This document shows, in pieces, positions 11,663-24,100 of a stretch of 64,000 nt of DNA. The translations under genes and the position numbers were made by a program. The stretch spans positions 22,940,001 to 23,004,000 of the forward strand of contig OX597822.1 in NCBI GenBank assembly GCA_951406725.2, in the 5' to 3' direction. The notes beneath the pieces are model-generated. The model searched no databases and was not told the DNA's origin. It saw only the letters and a program-made list of their open reading frames with translations. This DNA is from Octopus vulgaris. Its lineage: Eukaryota. Positions within the stretch are counted from its first letter, which is position 1. Every line of letters starts with the position of its first letter.

Positions 11663-12641
11663 GGGAGGTGTGTGTGTGTGAAATGGAAGTAGGATGGTGA
11701 ACATCCAATGTTGAAAAGAAAAATCAAACAGCATTGTGTGAGTGTATGTATGTATATGTGTGCGTGTACAAGGGAAGTATGTGAATGTGAGCCAGCGTTA
11801 TTTAGGTAACAAATGATGATTGATGTCACATATCAAAAGACAACCACTAGATAATATTGACAAGTTGTGGTGTACCTGAGCACCGTATACAATAATTTCA
11901 TTATTAAAAGAGTATTAATTTGATCTACCATTCATATTCTATCTGTTTTGTTAAAAATAATTATTACAATCGCACACACAAACATATACAAACTCAAGAA
12001 TAAAAAACGACTGCAGTTGAAAGGTATATTATAAATTTGGTAATAAAAGAATTATCAAACTAAAAGCTTGGTTTTGTACCTTATTTATATACAAAATATT
12101 ACAGTTAGCCATTATTTTTGATGGCATGGGGCCAGATGGTCTTCCACTATAATAATATAATAAAAATAAATGTGCCCTTTTAAAGCCTAGCCAAGCTCAT
12201 GGGCCCGATTTCAATGGCGTATGTGTTCCCCAGTTGGACGAGATGCCAGTCCATCGCAGCGTTACTCATTTTTGCCAGCTGAGTGGACTGGAGCAACGTG
12301 AATACTATAATAATACTCGTGTTTTTCTCTGTCACAACATATGAATGAGAAAGGAAGGGGTGATGACAAACTGGTGTGCAATGGAAGTGGGATGGTGAAC
12401 ATTCGATCCGGGAAAGGAAAATCAAGCAGCATTTCAACTCTGTGGGAGTGTGTGTGACAAGGGAAGTATGTGAATGTATGTGTGAACCAGCATTCTGTAG
12501 GTAACAAACAATGATCATGTCACATCTCAAAAGACAACTACTAGATAACATTGACAAGTGTATTAATTTGATTCACCATCCATATTTATATATAAAATAC
12601 TACAATTAGCTGTCAAATTTGACCGCACGAGGTCAGCTAGT
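11478..12641 (+). mobile_element. Two head-to-tail non-autonomous Helitron-like units (11478-~12140; ~12140-12641), the second interrupted by a SINE fragment
   Basis: 5' A|TCTTCTACTATAATAA, a body shared between units, and a 3' hairpin tgacc-gcacga-ggtca followed by gCTAG|T. No TSD or TIR. Confidence 0.7.
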
Positions 12642-13596
12642 TAAAAAATAAAAGGTAAAAAGTGCTTAGTCACTTGCTAGTTTCTTTTGAATCAGAGTTT
12701 ATGTTGCTTGAGTGATGCAGGAACTGAACTCGCATCCACTTAGCTAACCTATTACACACGATGCTTTATAGAAAAAGAAAAAGGTAGGCCTTCAAAGTTC
12801 TTAATTACCACTAATTGGTCGGGCTATGGGGACATTGAGATAATAACTCTTATAATTTTATGTGTGAAGTTATACCAAAATAGGTCAAAAGTGGGTTATG
12901 ATATTTTGTCATGTGGAAAAAAGTACATTACTGTATTTGCCCTATTTTAATTGCAAGGGAAAATACATTTTAAATTAATTATTGCGGCTAATTTTATAGA
13001 TAAAAATTCAAGCCAAGAACCACCTACTTAAAAATTTGAATCAAAACTACAAATCTTGATAACACTCACGCATGTACACACAAAAGGGAAGTTGCCTCCC
13101 TTAGAATCTCAAAATTATCTCCCCTATTAAATTTTTGTTACGGGGGAAAAAAAACTGAATTTTACTTCTGTGCGTTTGATATCCGGGGCAGGAAAATATT
13201 TTTCCGTTGTGTGACTAAATCTTCGCGCGTCTAATTTTTGCTGTGGAGGTGTTAACCTCCATTCTAAATTCCTCAGCACAGACTTGACTGCTTCACTTCT
13301 GAATTCATTTTCATTTGAAACAAACATTTAGTTCATTGCTTTGAGAAGTTTGCCTTTCGTCTTTACAAAGTTTGTTATAAAAAATACTAGTACGATACCC
13401 TGGTACTTCATTATCATCACTCACCTTCTCTCTCTTGCATGCTTATTGTCTCTCTCTTTTTCCCTTGCCCTTCTCTCTCGTTGGGTAAACTATGTCTCTC
13501 CTCTACAGCAGTACACTTGTTTCTGTCCTCTTTCTTGTGACCACTCTCCCTTTCTTTTGGCTGGGTAGCCATGTACCTTCTCTGTAGCAAGACACC

Positions 13597-13627
<31 letters not shown>

Positions 13628-13849
13628 GTCACACTCTAATCTTTCATCATATAGCACAAGATCAGCTCCCCTAATACACGATGGACTTAGTGTCCATCTA
13701 CCAAATTAACTCAAAAGGCATTGGTCAACTCAAGGCTGTAATAGATGCTTGTCCAAAGTGCCAAACAGTGGGACTGACCTTGAAACCACAGCTAGCTTCT
13801 TAATCACACAACCATACCTGCACGCACACACACACACACACACACTCAC

Positions 13850-14236
13850 TCTTTTATTTGTTTCAGTCATTTGGCTGCAGCCATGCTGGAGCACCACTTT
13901 GAAGGATTTTAGTCAAACAAATCGATCCCAGGACTTATTTTTTAAAGCTTATTACTTATTCTATCGGTGTCTTTTGCTGAACTGCTAAGTTATAGGGATG
14001 TAAACACACCAGTATCAGCTATCAAGCAGTGATGGGGGGGGCGGAGACAAATACAGACACACACACACATATATATACACACACACGACAAGTTTCTTTC
14101 AGTTTCCGTCTACCATATCCTCTCATAAGGCTTTGGTTGGCTTGAGGCTATAGTAGTAGACACTTGCCCAAAGTCCCAGACAGTGTGACTGAACCCAGGA
14201 CCATGTGATTGGGAACCAAGCTTCTTATCACAGCCA
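13850..14236 (-). mobile_element. SINE family C copy; further minus-strand copies ~18430-18805, 53250-53650, 62355-62700, 63820-63955
   Basis: Same sequence as 49891-50296, with an internal (CA/TA)n tract. Confidence 0.85.
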
Positions 14237-14539
14237 CGTATGTATGTGTGTGTCCTACCCACTGGTTTTGGTTTACTTACGTCTCTTTAACTTAGTGCTT
14301 TGGCAAAAGACACTTATAAAATAAGCACCAAACTTTTAAAAAAGAAAGATAAAAGTACTGGGGTTGTTGATGTCATTGACAAAATCCTAACCTTGTATCT
14401 AAGTAAATAATGTTTACTTGGATACAAGTTTAGGTATAGAAGGTGGGACACAATCAGTTACATTGTCCTCTATGGAAGATCTCCTGGTTGACGTAATCTA
14501 GATCCTTGATGGAAAAGTTGTGACCAACAGTCGTCAACC

Positions 14540-14824
14540 AGGATAATTCATCTACGAAGCAATTGCCCCAGCTCCCCTTCAGGGTTGGCGAAAGCAATAT
14601 GGTGGACAACGAAAAACATGACTGCTGACAGTCAAGGCTGATCTGGAACCCAACCTATGCCCCCATATCTACGGTGTTCGCTGCTGGAATAAGGAGTGGT
14701 TGGAGATCACGCGTTTGTTAGCCTCAAATCGCCAGATCTGGTTGGCGTTTGTGAGAGATGCAGCATTGAGGATGAATGAGGCCAGCTCAACCTACCCTGG
14801 GTGAATGCTTTCTCAAGTCAAGTC
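14540..14824 (+). mobile_element. 3' fragment of a second RTE-type LINE family
   Basis: Decayed frame GWRKQYGGQRKT*LLTVKADLEP..IYGVRCWNKEWLEITRLLASNRQIWLAFVRDA, ending in a caagtcaagtc tail. Confidence 0.7.
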
Positions 14825-14963
14825 TATGAAAGATGACAGGCAAATGCAGCCTCCGAGAGGGGTTTGAATGCAAGGTGCAAAGATAAAAACTCAACACAAT
14901 AACACATTTACTTTAGTCTATTTCTGTTATCAATTCACTCTTCTTTTTTTTCTTTTTTTCCAG

Positions 14964-15106
14964 ATAATGGTCATTCCTTTGATCGTCTCCTCTTCTATGG
15001 TCATGAAATTCTGTTAGTGCAATTTGAAATCCTTCTCTTCAATGTAGTTGATCTTATTTGGCAGAACTTCATCTTGGCAGCTGCTCTCACTTATGTTGGA
15101 TATTCA
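14964..15106 (+). CDS. TMEM67: TMEM67 penultimate coding exon, 143 nt, phase 1-0
   Basis: Long polypyrimidine tract plus cag acceptor and TCA|gtaagt donor. Encodes (D)NGHSFDRLLFYGHEILLVQFEILLFNVVDLIWQNFILAAALTYVGYS. Confidence 0.96.
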
Positions 15107-15225
15107 GTAAGTTGGTACTATGAGCTTTATCATCATCATTACTAGTTTTGTTTTTTGCTGAACCTTTGTTCATGAAAGTGATAAGAGAGTCCAGTTATTA
15201 TTATTATTATTATTATTATTATTTT

Positions 15226-16835
15226 AAGGTGGTGAGCTGGCAGAATGCTTGGCAGCATTTTGTCTTTACATCCTGAGTTCAAATTCTGCTGAGGTTGACT
15301 TTGCCTTTCATCCTTTCTGGGTTGATAAAATAAGTACCAGTTGAGTACTGGGGTTGATGTATTCAACTCACCCCACTACCCTGAAATTGCTGGCCTTGTG
15401 CCAAAATTTGAAACTATTATTATTATTATTATTATGTTAAGGTGTTGAACTGGCAGAATTGTTTGCATGCTGGGCAGAATGCTTAATGGCATTTTCTCTG
15501 TTTTTATGTTCTGAGTTCAAATTCCGCTGAGGTTGATTTGCCCTTCATCTTTTTGGCATCAGTAAAATAAGTACCAGTTGAACTCTTGGGTCAATATAAT
15601 CAATTTACCCTCCCCCAAAGATACTGGCTTTGTGCTAAAATTTAAAACCATCATCATCGTCGTTAAGGCTGCAAGCTGCTAGAATCATTAGCTCATCAGG
15701 CAAAATGCTTAGCTGCAATTCGTCTATCTTTACATTCTGAGTTAAAATTTCACTGAGGTTGACTTTGCTTTTCATCCTATAATTGAAAGGATTATTATTA
15801 CTATAATTATTATTGAGTGAGAGAGCAGTGCATGCCATCAAAGTGACACTGGGGTAAAATATACGAAGCCCAGTATACCCATCATGACTACCCGTCTGAT
15901 AAGGGTACATACATCACAACAGCGCATGACCTTGCAGGTGGGGCCCAGTTAGAATTTTCTTCTGGTTGAGTAACCCATCCCGCTCAAAATGTCCCTGAAT
16001 AAGGGTTGTTAAAGGATGTTGAACGAAACGCCCATGTTTCCAGATGTGAACTATTCAAACCCCAAAGAATCCCTCTCAATACATGGCTATGATGCTCCCC
16101 CACTACTTCTGCTCATGATCAGAGATGCACATATTGTCAGCCACTAAGGGACATGGTCAACTGGTTAAGGTCAAACAACTGACAAGCAAATCTGTGGTAT
16201 TGAGCAGAATATTTGCTGTAGCCCATCTTTTATACCAAGACAAAACAATGTACATGATAACACTTCCAATCAGTTAAGATCAGAAGCCACAAGAGCCACT
16301 GCCTGGTACTGCATCAGGGCATTTATTATTGTTGTTATTATTATTATTATTTTAAGGTGGTGAGCTGGCAGAATTGTTAGCATGCTGGGCAAAATACTTA
16401 GCAACATTTCGTCCATCTTTACATTCTGAGTTCAAATTCTGCTGAGGTTGACTTTGCCTTTCATCCTTTCGGGCTTGATAAAATAAGTAACAGTTGAACA
16501 CTTGGGTTGATATAATTGATTTACCCCCTCCTCCAAATTGCTGGCCATGTGCCAAAATTTGGAAACAGTATTTCAAATTTCACCTGAAAAGATAAGTCAA
16601 CCTTGGTGGCATTTGAAGTGAGAATGTGAAGATGGACGAAATGCCACTAAGCATTTTGTGCTGCAAGCTAACAATTCAGGCCAGCACTCTGCTCTGAATA
16701 ATATTAATATATTTGTAAGGTGGTGAGCTGGCAGAACTGTTAATGTATTGGACAAAATGCTTAGCAGTAGTTTTGTTTGGTTCTTTGTTCTGAATTCAAA
16801 TTCCACCATGGCTGACTTTGCCTTCCAGTCTTTCA
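15226..16835 (+). mobile_element. Array of SINE family B copies separated by (ATT)n/(ATC)n, with an unrelated ~500-bp insert at 15815-16320
   Basis: Repeated heads aaggtggtgagctggcagaat (A-box-like) and gagttcaaattc (B-box-like) near 15226, 15438, 15665, 16353 and 16717. Confidence 0.85.
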
Positions 16836-16899
16836 GTTGAGCATGAGGATGGGAGGAGGCATTGGTGTAACTGAAATGTGAATGTGTACCCATTGCACT

Positions 16900-17560
16900 T
16901 AAATGTGGTTCAAGAAGGGCATCCAGATGTAGAAACCTTGCCAGATCAGATTGGAGCCTGGTATATTCTTCTGGTTTGCCAACCCTCAGTCAAACCGTCC
17001 AACCCATGCCATCATGGAAGGCGGACATTAAACGATGATGATCATCATCATCGTTTAATGTCCATTTTTCTGTGCTTGCAAGGGTTGGACAAAGTTTATT
17101 GGAGGGAGATTTTCTATGGTCAGATGCCCTTCTTGTTGCCAACCCTCATTAGTTTTCGAAGCAAGGTAATGTTCCCCCACATCTAGACATGTTCTCACAG
17201 AATATTGGAAATGAATGACACTGCTTGTATGACAGTGACACTCATTTACAACTATCATGTAATGCGAAGACAAGGAGGCACAAACACACATATGTATATA
17301 CATGTATATGCTTGCACAGGTGTATGTGTGTTAGGGTCTCTTTGTTTTGACATCACATGATAGTTGTAAAAGAGTACCATGATCATACAAATGATGCCCA
17401 TTGTTTTCAGTCTTCCATATAAACATGTCTGGCCATGGGGGGGAAATATTACCTTACTTGGAAACAGGTGATGGTTGGCAATAGAAAGGACATCTGGCTG
17501 TAAAATATCAGCCACAACAAACTCCAGCCAACCCATGCCAGCATGGAAAAGTGAAAAGTG
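16900..17560. mobile_element. Three RTE-tail-related repeats in alternating orientation (+,-,+)
   Basis: Tail-to-tail junction aacgatgatgatcatcatcatcgttt at ~17031-17056. Segments 17045-17290 and 17325-17555 are diverged reverse complements. Confidence 0.75.
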
Positions 17561-19565
17561 ATGTACAATGTACTTCAAGTGAAGTAGAGTGGTCCTTCAG
17601 TTTATCTCGGCCCTGTAAAAGAATTTGGAAGGTTGGGTCTCCAACCAAGCCTTTTGCAATACTCTTTAAAGTTAAGAACTTTTCAGTACTCTCTTGTACA
17701 TACATATATATCTACACACACACACACACATATATATATATATCTACACACACACACACACATATCTACATACACACACACATGCATGCATAGATTCCTT
17801 TTTATAATGCTGGTGTAAAATTACTGAAATTAGGTTGTTCAGCAAATTTAAAAGTGAAATCTATCTCTACATTTTCAATGCATACTATTCCTGGAAGAGT
17901 CGTAGAGTCCTCAGGCACCTCCTTCATTTGGTCCTGTCCAGAAACAACTGTCATTAACTTTTTAGCATTCGGGTTACTCTGTGAAGTGTAATGCTTATTT
18001 AGTTACATTGTTTTGAATTAGTCATGCATTATCTCGTAGCTTCAAGATTTCAGTGATGTGATTGTTTATTCTTAGAATGACATTGTAGGGTAAGTGGGAG
18101 AGGCTGGATCTGGCCAGTTTAACTATATAATAGGCAGTATATTTTGGCCGGATCTCGCCAGTTTAAATGCTGAAGAGTTAATCTTTCCTGTTAGATTTCC
18201 AAGTCGAAGCATAACCAAGTGAGACCGTGGACAAAATGCAGCCATCTTGCTCATAGGTCTACCCCTAAGTTCCTTGCTGGTTGGCTCAGCTTGAAGAATC
18301 TGTCATGGTGATCCTTTCTTGCCACATGTTCATAGTACCACATTCTAACCACATGTTCATAGTACCAGAGCTGTGACCTCTCAGTCTTGTGAAATCTGTC
18401 ATAATGACATTTGATAAGTGACTTCTTTGTATTTATCTTTTACTTGTTTTGGTCATTTTACTGCAGGCATGCTGGGCCACTGCCTTCAAGTGTTTTAACC
18501 AAACAAATTGACCCCCAGGTCTTATTTTTTTAAAACGCCTGCTACTGATTCTATTTGTCTGTTATGCTAAACCACTAAGTTACGGTGGACCTAAACACAC
18601 CAACATCAGTTGTCAAGCGGTGGCAGGGGACAAACACAAACATACATGATGGGCTTCTTTCAGTTTCTTTCTGTCTACCAAATCCACTCACCAGGCTTTG
18701 GTTGACCTGAGGCTATAGTAGTAGACACTTGCCCAAAGTGCCACGCAGTGAGACTGAACCCAGAACCATGCAATTGGGAAGCAATCTTCTTACCACACAG
18801 TCACACCTGCCATTTTGCTTACTCAGGATGTCCAAGGCTATTTTTGTATCCCCCCCCCCAGATTGTTATGGTTTCATTATGAATCCTGCTAAATATACGT
18901 GCCTAAAACCAAAGATTTCCCCACAGGTTATCTTCATCAGTGCTACAGAAAATGTGAAAATATTGTTTTTGCCCTTCAGTTCGACCTTTTGTTGCATACT
19001 CTTCTTGAAGTTGTACCTAAGAATTATGTTAAAGAATCATCATCATCGTTTAACATCTGTTTTCTGTGCTAGCATGGGTTGGACGGTTCGACCAGGGTCT
19101 GGGAAACCAGGAGGCTGCACCAGGCTCCAGTCTGATCTGGCAGTGTTTCCACAGGTGGATGCCCTTCCTAACACCAACCACTCCGTGAGTGTAGTGGGTG
19201 CTTTTTACGTGCCACCGGCAGTGGATTACTCTACTCAGGTGTTAACACATTAATTTCAAAAGCAGGAATCGAGATGGTTGTCTAAATGAATGCACTTCAT
19301 CAAAACCAGCAGAGAATTTACTGGTCAAAATCACAGGCTCTGGTGGTCTCAGTTCTTGGAGATGGCAGGGATTTATCTCCCCACTGGCGATATAAATAAA
19401 CAAGAATGCATTTTGCACCAAATGCCAATATGAGAGTTTCTCTCAAGATGTCTACCACAGTATAGTTTGTTCTAACAGAACATCCACATTTAAGTGCTGA
19501 TAAATATCAGATTTTACTGTTCAAGATTTGGGTAATAATGTCAATATTTTAAGAAAATTGGAATA

Positions 19566-19900
19566 TGCATGGCTCAGTTGTTAGTGCTGGGCTCACAATC
19601 ACAAAGTAGTGAGTTTGATTCCTAGATCAGGCTGTGTGTGGTGTTCTTGAGCGAGACACTTTATTTCACGTTGCTGCAGTTCACTCAGCTGTAGAAATGA
19701 GGTACATTGTCATTGGTGCCAAGCTATATCAGCTTTTGCCGTTCCCTTGGATAACATTGGTGGCGTGGAGAGGGGTGGTCAGTATGCATGGGTTACTGCT
19801 GGTCTTCCATAAACAACCTTGTCCAGACTGGTGCCTTGGAGAGGAACTTTCTAGGCGCAATCCCATGGTCATTCATGACAGAAAGGGGTCTTTACCTTTG
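19566..19900 (+). mobile_element. tRNA-derived SINE (family E); related copies ~46965-47280 (-), 43690-43840 (+), 61420-61700 (-), 62110-62220 (-)
   Basis: Head gcatggctcagttgttag...gagtttgattcc with A/B-box-like motifs, and a shared core ttcttgagcgagacactttatttcacgttgct.cagttcactcagctg. Confidence 0.75.
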
Positions 19901-19922
19901 TAATATATATGCGTGTGTGTAA

Positions 19923-20137
19923 TGTGGCAAGCTGGCAGAAACATTAGCATGCCAGGCAAAATGCTTAGCAGTAGTTTGTCTGTCTTTATGTTCTGAGTTC
20001 AAATTCCGCCGAGGTCGACTTTGCCTTTTATCCTTTCAGGGGTCGATAAATTAAGTACCAGTTGCATACTGGGATTGATCTAATCGACTGGCCCTCTCCC
20101 CCAAAATTTCGGGCCTTGTGTCTAGAGTAGAAAAGAA
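19923..20137 (+). mobile_element. SINE family B, well-preserved monomer
   Basis: gctggcagaaacattagc...ctgagttcaaattccgccgaggtcgactttgcc...ggggtcgataaattaagtaccag...gtagaaaagaat. Confidence 0.88.
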
Positions 20138-20716
20138 TGTGTGTGTTGTTTCATTTGACTGTTTTGTTTTTTTTCATGCTAGCATGCATTAGATAAATAT
20201 ATTGAGGCCATTGATTTTTTTTTTTTTTACAGTTGAATGCTCTTCCTGTTTTTAACTTTCACTTATTTTTCAAAGGATCTCTTATTCCACATGGTCAGCA
20301 GATAAGCCACAGCTGAGGAAATGACAACAATGTCACTTCCTCATGAACTGCTGAGTGATTTTTCAGAGAAACTTGAGTGTAAACAAATATACACGAAGAG
20401 GCTACTTTTAGTTTCCATCTACTAAATCTATTCACAAGGCTTCTTTGATTGGCCACGGAAAAAGACACTTGTCTAAGATAATGCTCAGTGGAACTGAACC
20501 TGAAACCATGTGGTTGGGAAGGGAACTTTGTAACCACCTAAAAAGTGAGCCCAATGGCATGATTATGGGGTTTAAAATCTGAGTGTAATGACAGGTTTTG
20601 CACTGCCTCAATAGTATTTGTCTTATCACATGCTAGCATGGAAGAAAAAAAAAATGAAAGCATATTTTACATGCACTAAATATTTCAATCACATTATGTA
20701 AACCTTTTCGTTTCAG

Positions 20717-20797
20717 CTTATTTCTCTCATACGACAAGGAGGAAGCAAGAAAAACATTGCAAGGAAAACACTTGTAGACAGACGCTTTCTGATTTAA
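20717..20797 (+). CDS. TMEM67: TMEM67 terminal coding exon, 81 nt including TAA
   Basis: tttcag acceptor. Encodes LISLIRQGGSKKNIARKTLVDRRFLI*, matching the meckelin C-terminus KNLASKTLVDQRFLI. Confidence 0.97.
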   Translation, partial: LISLIRQGGSKKNIARKTLVDRRFLI

Positions 20798-21129
20798 ATT
20801 TTGAAGACTATTCACAGCCACTTTCAAGGAGGGTGCCTTGTTCAAACTCAAAACAAGTCTGTGGTGGTTGTATCAGGGACCAGTTCAGTCTCCCAATCTA
20901 GTCCTTGCTCCTCATGAATGGAAATTAAAAAATTTTTTTAGACAGGGAGCTTCTTATAATGTTTTGGTTTGAACTGAAAAATTTTAACAGGCCACAATTG
21001 CTCTTGTGATATTTGAGAAGAAAAGAAAACAAACAAGCAAACATTTCAAACAAAGAGAAAGATGGACAGGATTGTGTTGCAAGATTCTCTGAACTTAAAC
21101 TGAATAAGCATTCTATATGTGGTTGGTGA

Positions 21130-24100
21130 AAGGTTAAAAATATTTATTTACATGATGTAACAAACAATTTAACAAATTGCAATTGAAAAACGGTAAATTA
21201 TATATGAATCAATATTCACTACTTAGTCATAGAATAGCTGATGGCCACAAGAGGACACTGATTCACATTGAATATATGTATATATATTTTTTAGTTTTTG
21301 TTTATAATATAGTTAAGAGAGAGAAGGTGACTGTTATACTGATCTAAGGTTTAATTTACGTGTCTGTGTGTGTGTGTGTATGTTGGAGGAGGTTGTTATA
21401 CTTGTATAACAATTTTCCCTGAAATGTGAATGATATTTTTAAAATTTAAATATTACATTTACAATTATATTGTTTAGTTTAGTGCCAAATCTATTTAAGA
21501 TTCAAATATTGGAAAACTTAAGCTTTAAAAGTCTTGTATACAAGACAAGACTTATACATATATCTAAAAAATCTGAAAGAAATGAAGTTATACTGACTTG
21601 AGCATTGAAACATAACTTTTTTTGCTTCTTAATATAAAGAAAAGTGATGAAATTGTTCAATTTAATTAACCATTGATTTAAAAAAAAAAAGGTAAATCTT
21701 TTGTACTAGTAAGATGAAAAGTGCCAATCATTTTTCCTTTTCAAAAACTATGTATACTTTTCTATATATCTATTCATATTTATTAATTTAAATAACCTTA
21801 TTTTTGTAAAAAGAAAAAGGATAAATTCTGCCGTCTTTTGCATAGATTTATGGGTATGCTTCTAAGGAAAAAAAAATTCAAGTTTGAAAGAATTTTTTTT
21901 ATTACTGGGAAAATAATGGTAAGAATTAACTAAAATTTTAAGCCTTGTTCTTCATAGCCATTCTATGTAATTGTCCATTTTATGTGTAGTCTTTTCTCAT
22001 TCACATACATGCTGGTAAGGACAACACCGTTGTTGACAACAAAATGAAACTAAAACCATGCATTTTGTTCTGTCATTTTTCCAAGATTAACTTAACTTGA
22101 GGAAATTAATTTCAATTTCACTAGTTTCTTTTCTACAACTATTGGTGTAGGAAGTAAAAAAAAAAAGTTTTGTGGTGCATGTACTTAAATAGACCCATCT
22201 TTTGTAAATCAGTGAAGCAGATTTATTCTCTCTTGTGATCAAACACAGCTATTTTTTTTTTAATAAATAAAACTAAAAGACAATTTAAAATTTCACCACA
22301 AATCTTTATCACTGGGTAGCTTCTTGGTACTAGGTTTATTCTCTCTCTTACAGATCCTTATTGTTTTAACAATAGAGCAAGTCTCACCCGGAGGCATCCC
22401 TGAAATATGGAAAAGGATAAAAAAAAAAAAGAAACATGCCCCTCACTCCATTTGCAAATCTGAAAACTCAATTCAGATTATTTTTTTTTCCCCCTTTTTT
22501 TTAATTCATTCTGTACATTCTTTTTATAAAGTTCCATGTTCAAATTGTTTCAGATTTGTTTTGTTTTATTTATTTTTTGCAATATATTTTTGGCTAGGAT
22601 AAGAAATACGGAAACCAAGTCCAGTCTTTAAGGAATCGAATCAGTAAAACTTAACAATTCTTTCAGACTTTATTGTATTACTAATTAACTGCCAACCCTG
22701 ACCAATATGGTCTCTTTTGGGCAGATATTCATACAGACTTGGTTTTTTATTAATTTTTTTTTTGTTGTTTGTCCCTTCTCCCACTCATGTAATAATTGTT
22801 CAGAGGCCCTTAACTTTTATATATATTTATTTATAACAAACAAACTCTCCAAGCAAAGCTCCGTTCACTGATAAAATTTCAGTCACTATTTCCAACAGCT
22901 CTTATTTTTTATATAAAAGAAAGGTAATTTTAAACTGACAAAATTTTTTTTTTTTTAAATTTATTATTTTTTTTCTTTTTTTTTCAAACAAGTGTGACTT
23001 GTGTGGGTATTTTACATCAGAAATATCTGAAATGCGAAATCATACATAATCTAAAAGTAACTCACCAATAGACTAGGTATCGAAAGTTTAGAATCTTATC
23101 TGATGTTGTGTACCCCTTTTAAGTCCTAACCCCTCTCCACTGAATTTGACTGACAATAAATATACTGCTACAAAAATCTGAAAGTCTAAAAAAATATATT
23201 TAGCAGTTTATCTATTCTTTCCAATGATATCATGGGTTGGATAGTTCTACAATATATATATAAATAGTTGAATACATTATTTCAGACTAAGAGTGGTGGT
23301 AAATGCCTAAAGCTTAAAGGGTAATGAAAACTTTGTCAGATATTGGATTAATTCCGGAAGCCAGAATTTATACAATGTATAAATAATAATTCAGATGTTG
23401 GCACAAGGAAGGGAGCAAGTTGATTACACTGACCCCAGTACAAGGTGACTTTAGTGGTATTAGAACTTAGAATCTAAAGAGTTGGAAGAAATGCCACTGA
23501 GCATTTTTTCCAATGTACTAACGATTCTGATGGCTTGCCACCTTAATAACAACATAACAACATGCTTAACAGATGAATTATTAATTACTTAACATTTTGT
23601 AAAGACAAAACAAAACAAAAAAACTGCTGCCACTACATTCCCTGAATCCCACCAACAACCGATTCTAATTCGCTATGAATAACCAAATGTTATTTTGATG
23701 TTGCCCAAATATATTTGTCCTTCACTGTTTTATGGAGAACTTCAGAAAATAAAAACTCATTCTGTAATCTATAAACTGAAATATTTCAAATGTTCTCCAG
23801 AATTCAACTTCCAAAAGTTTGTTTTTAATATAGTATGGTAAGATTCATGTAACATGATTCAAATGCAAAGAACAGTTTCTAAGGTTATTTGCATAATAAA
23901 AGGCTTCTAAATACCTCCTCCACAACTGTTACATAAATACATTTCAATCATTGGATAAAATTTATATATTAAAAAAAAAAAATTGTTATTTAACAATAAA
24001 AAGATCAAAAAACCCAAAACAAGTACTCATCTGTACTGAATTTCTAGTTTATGTAATTTTCCATATATATATATCTATATATTTGAAAAAAAATTGTTAA

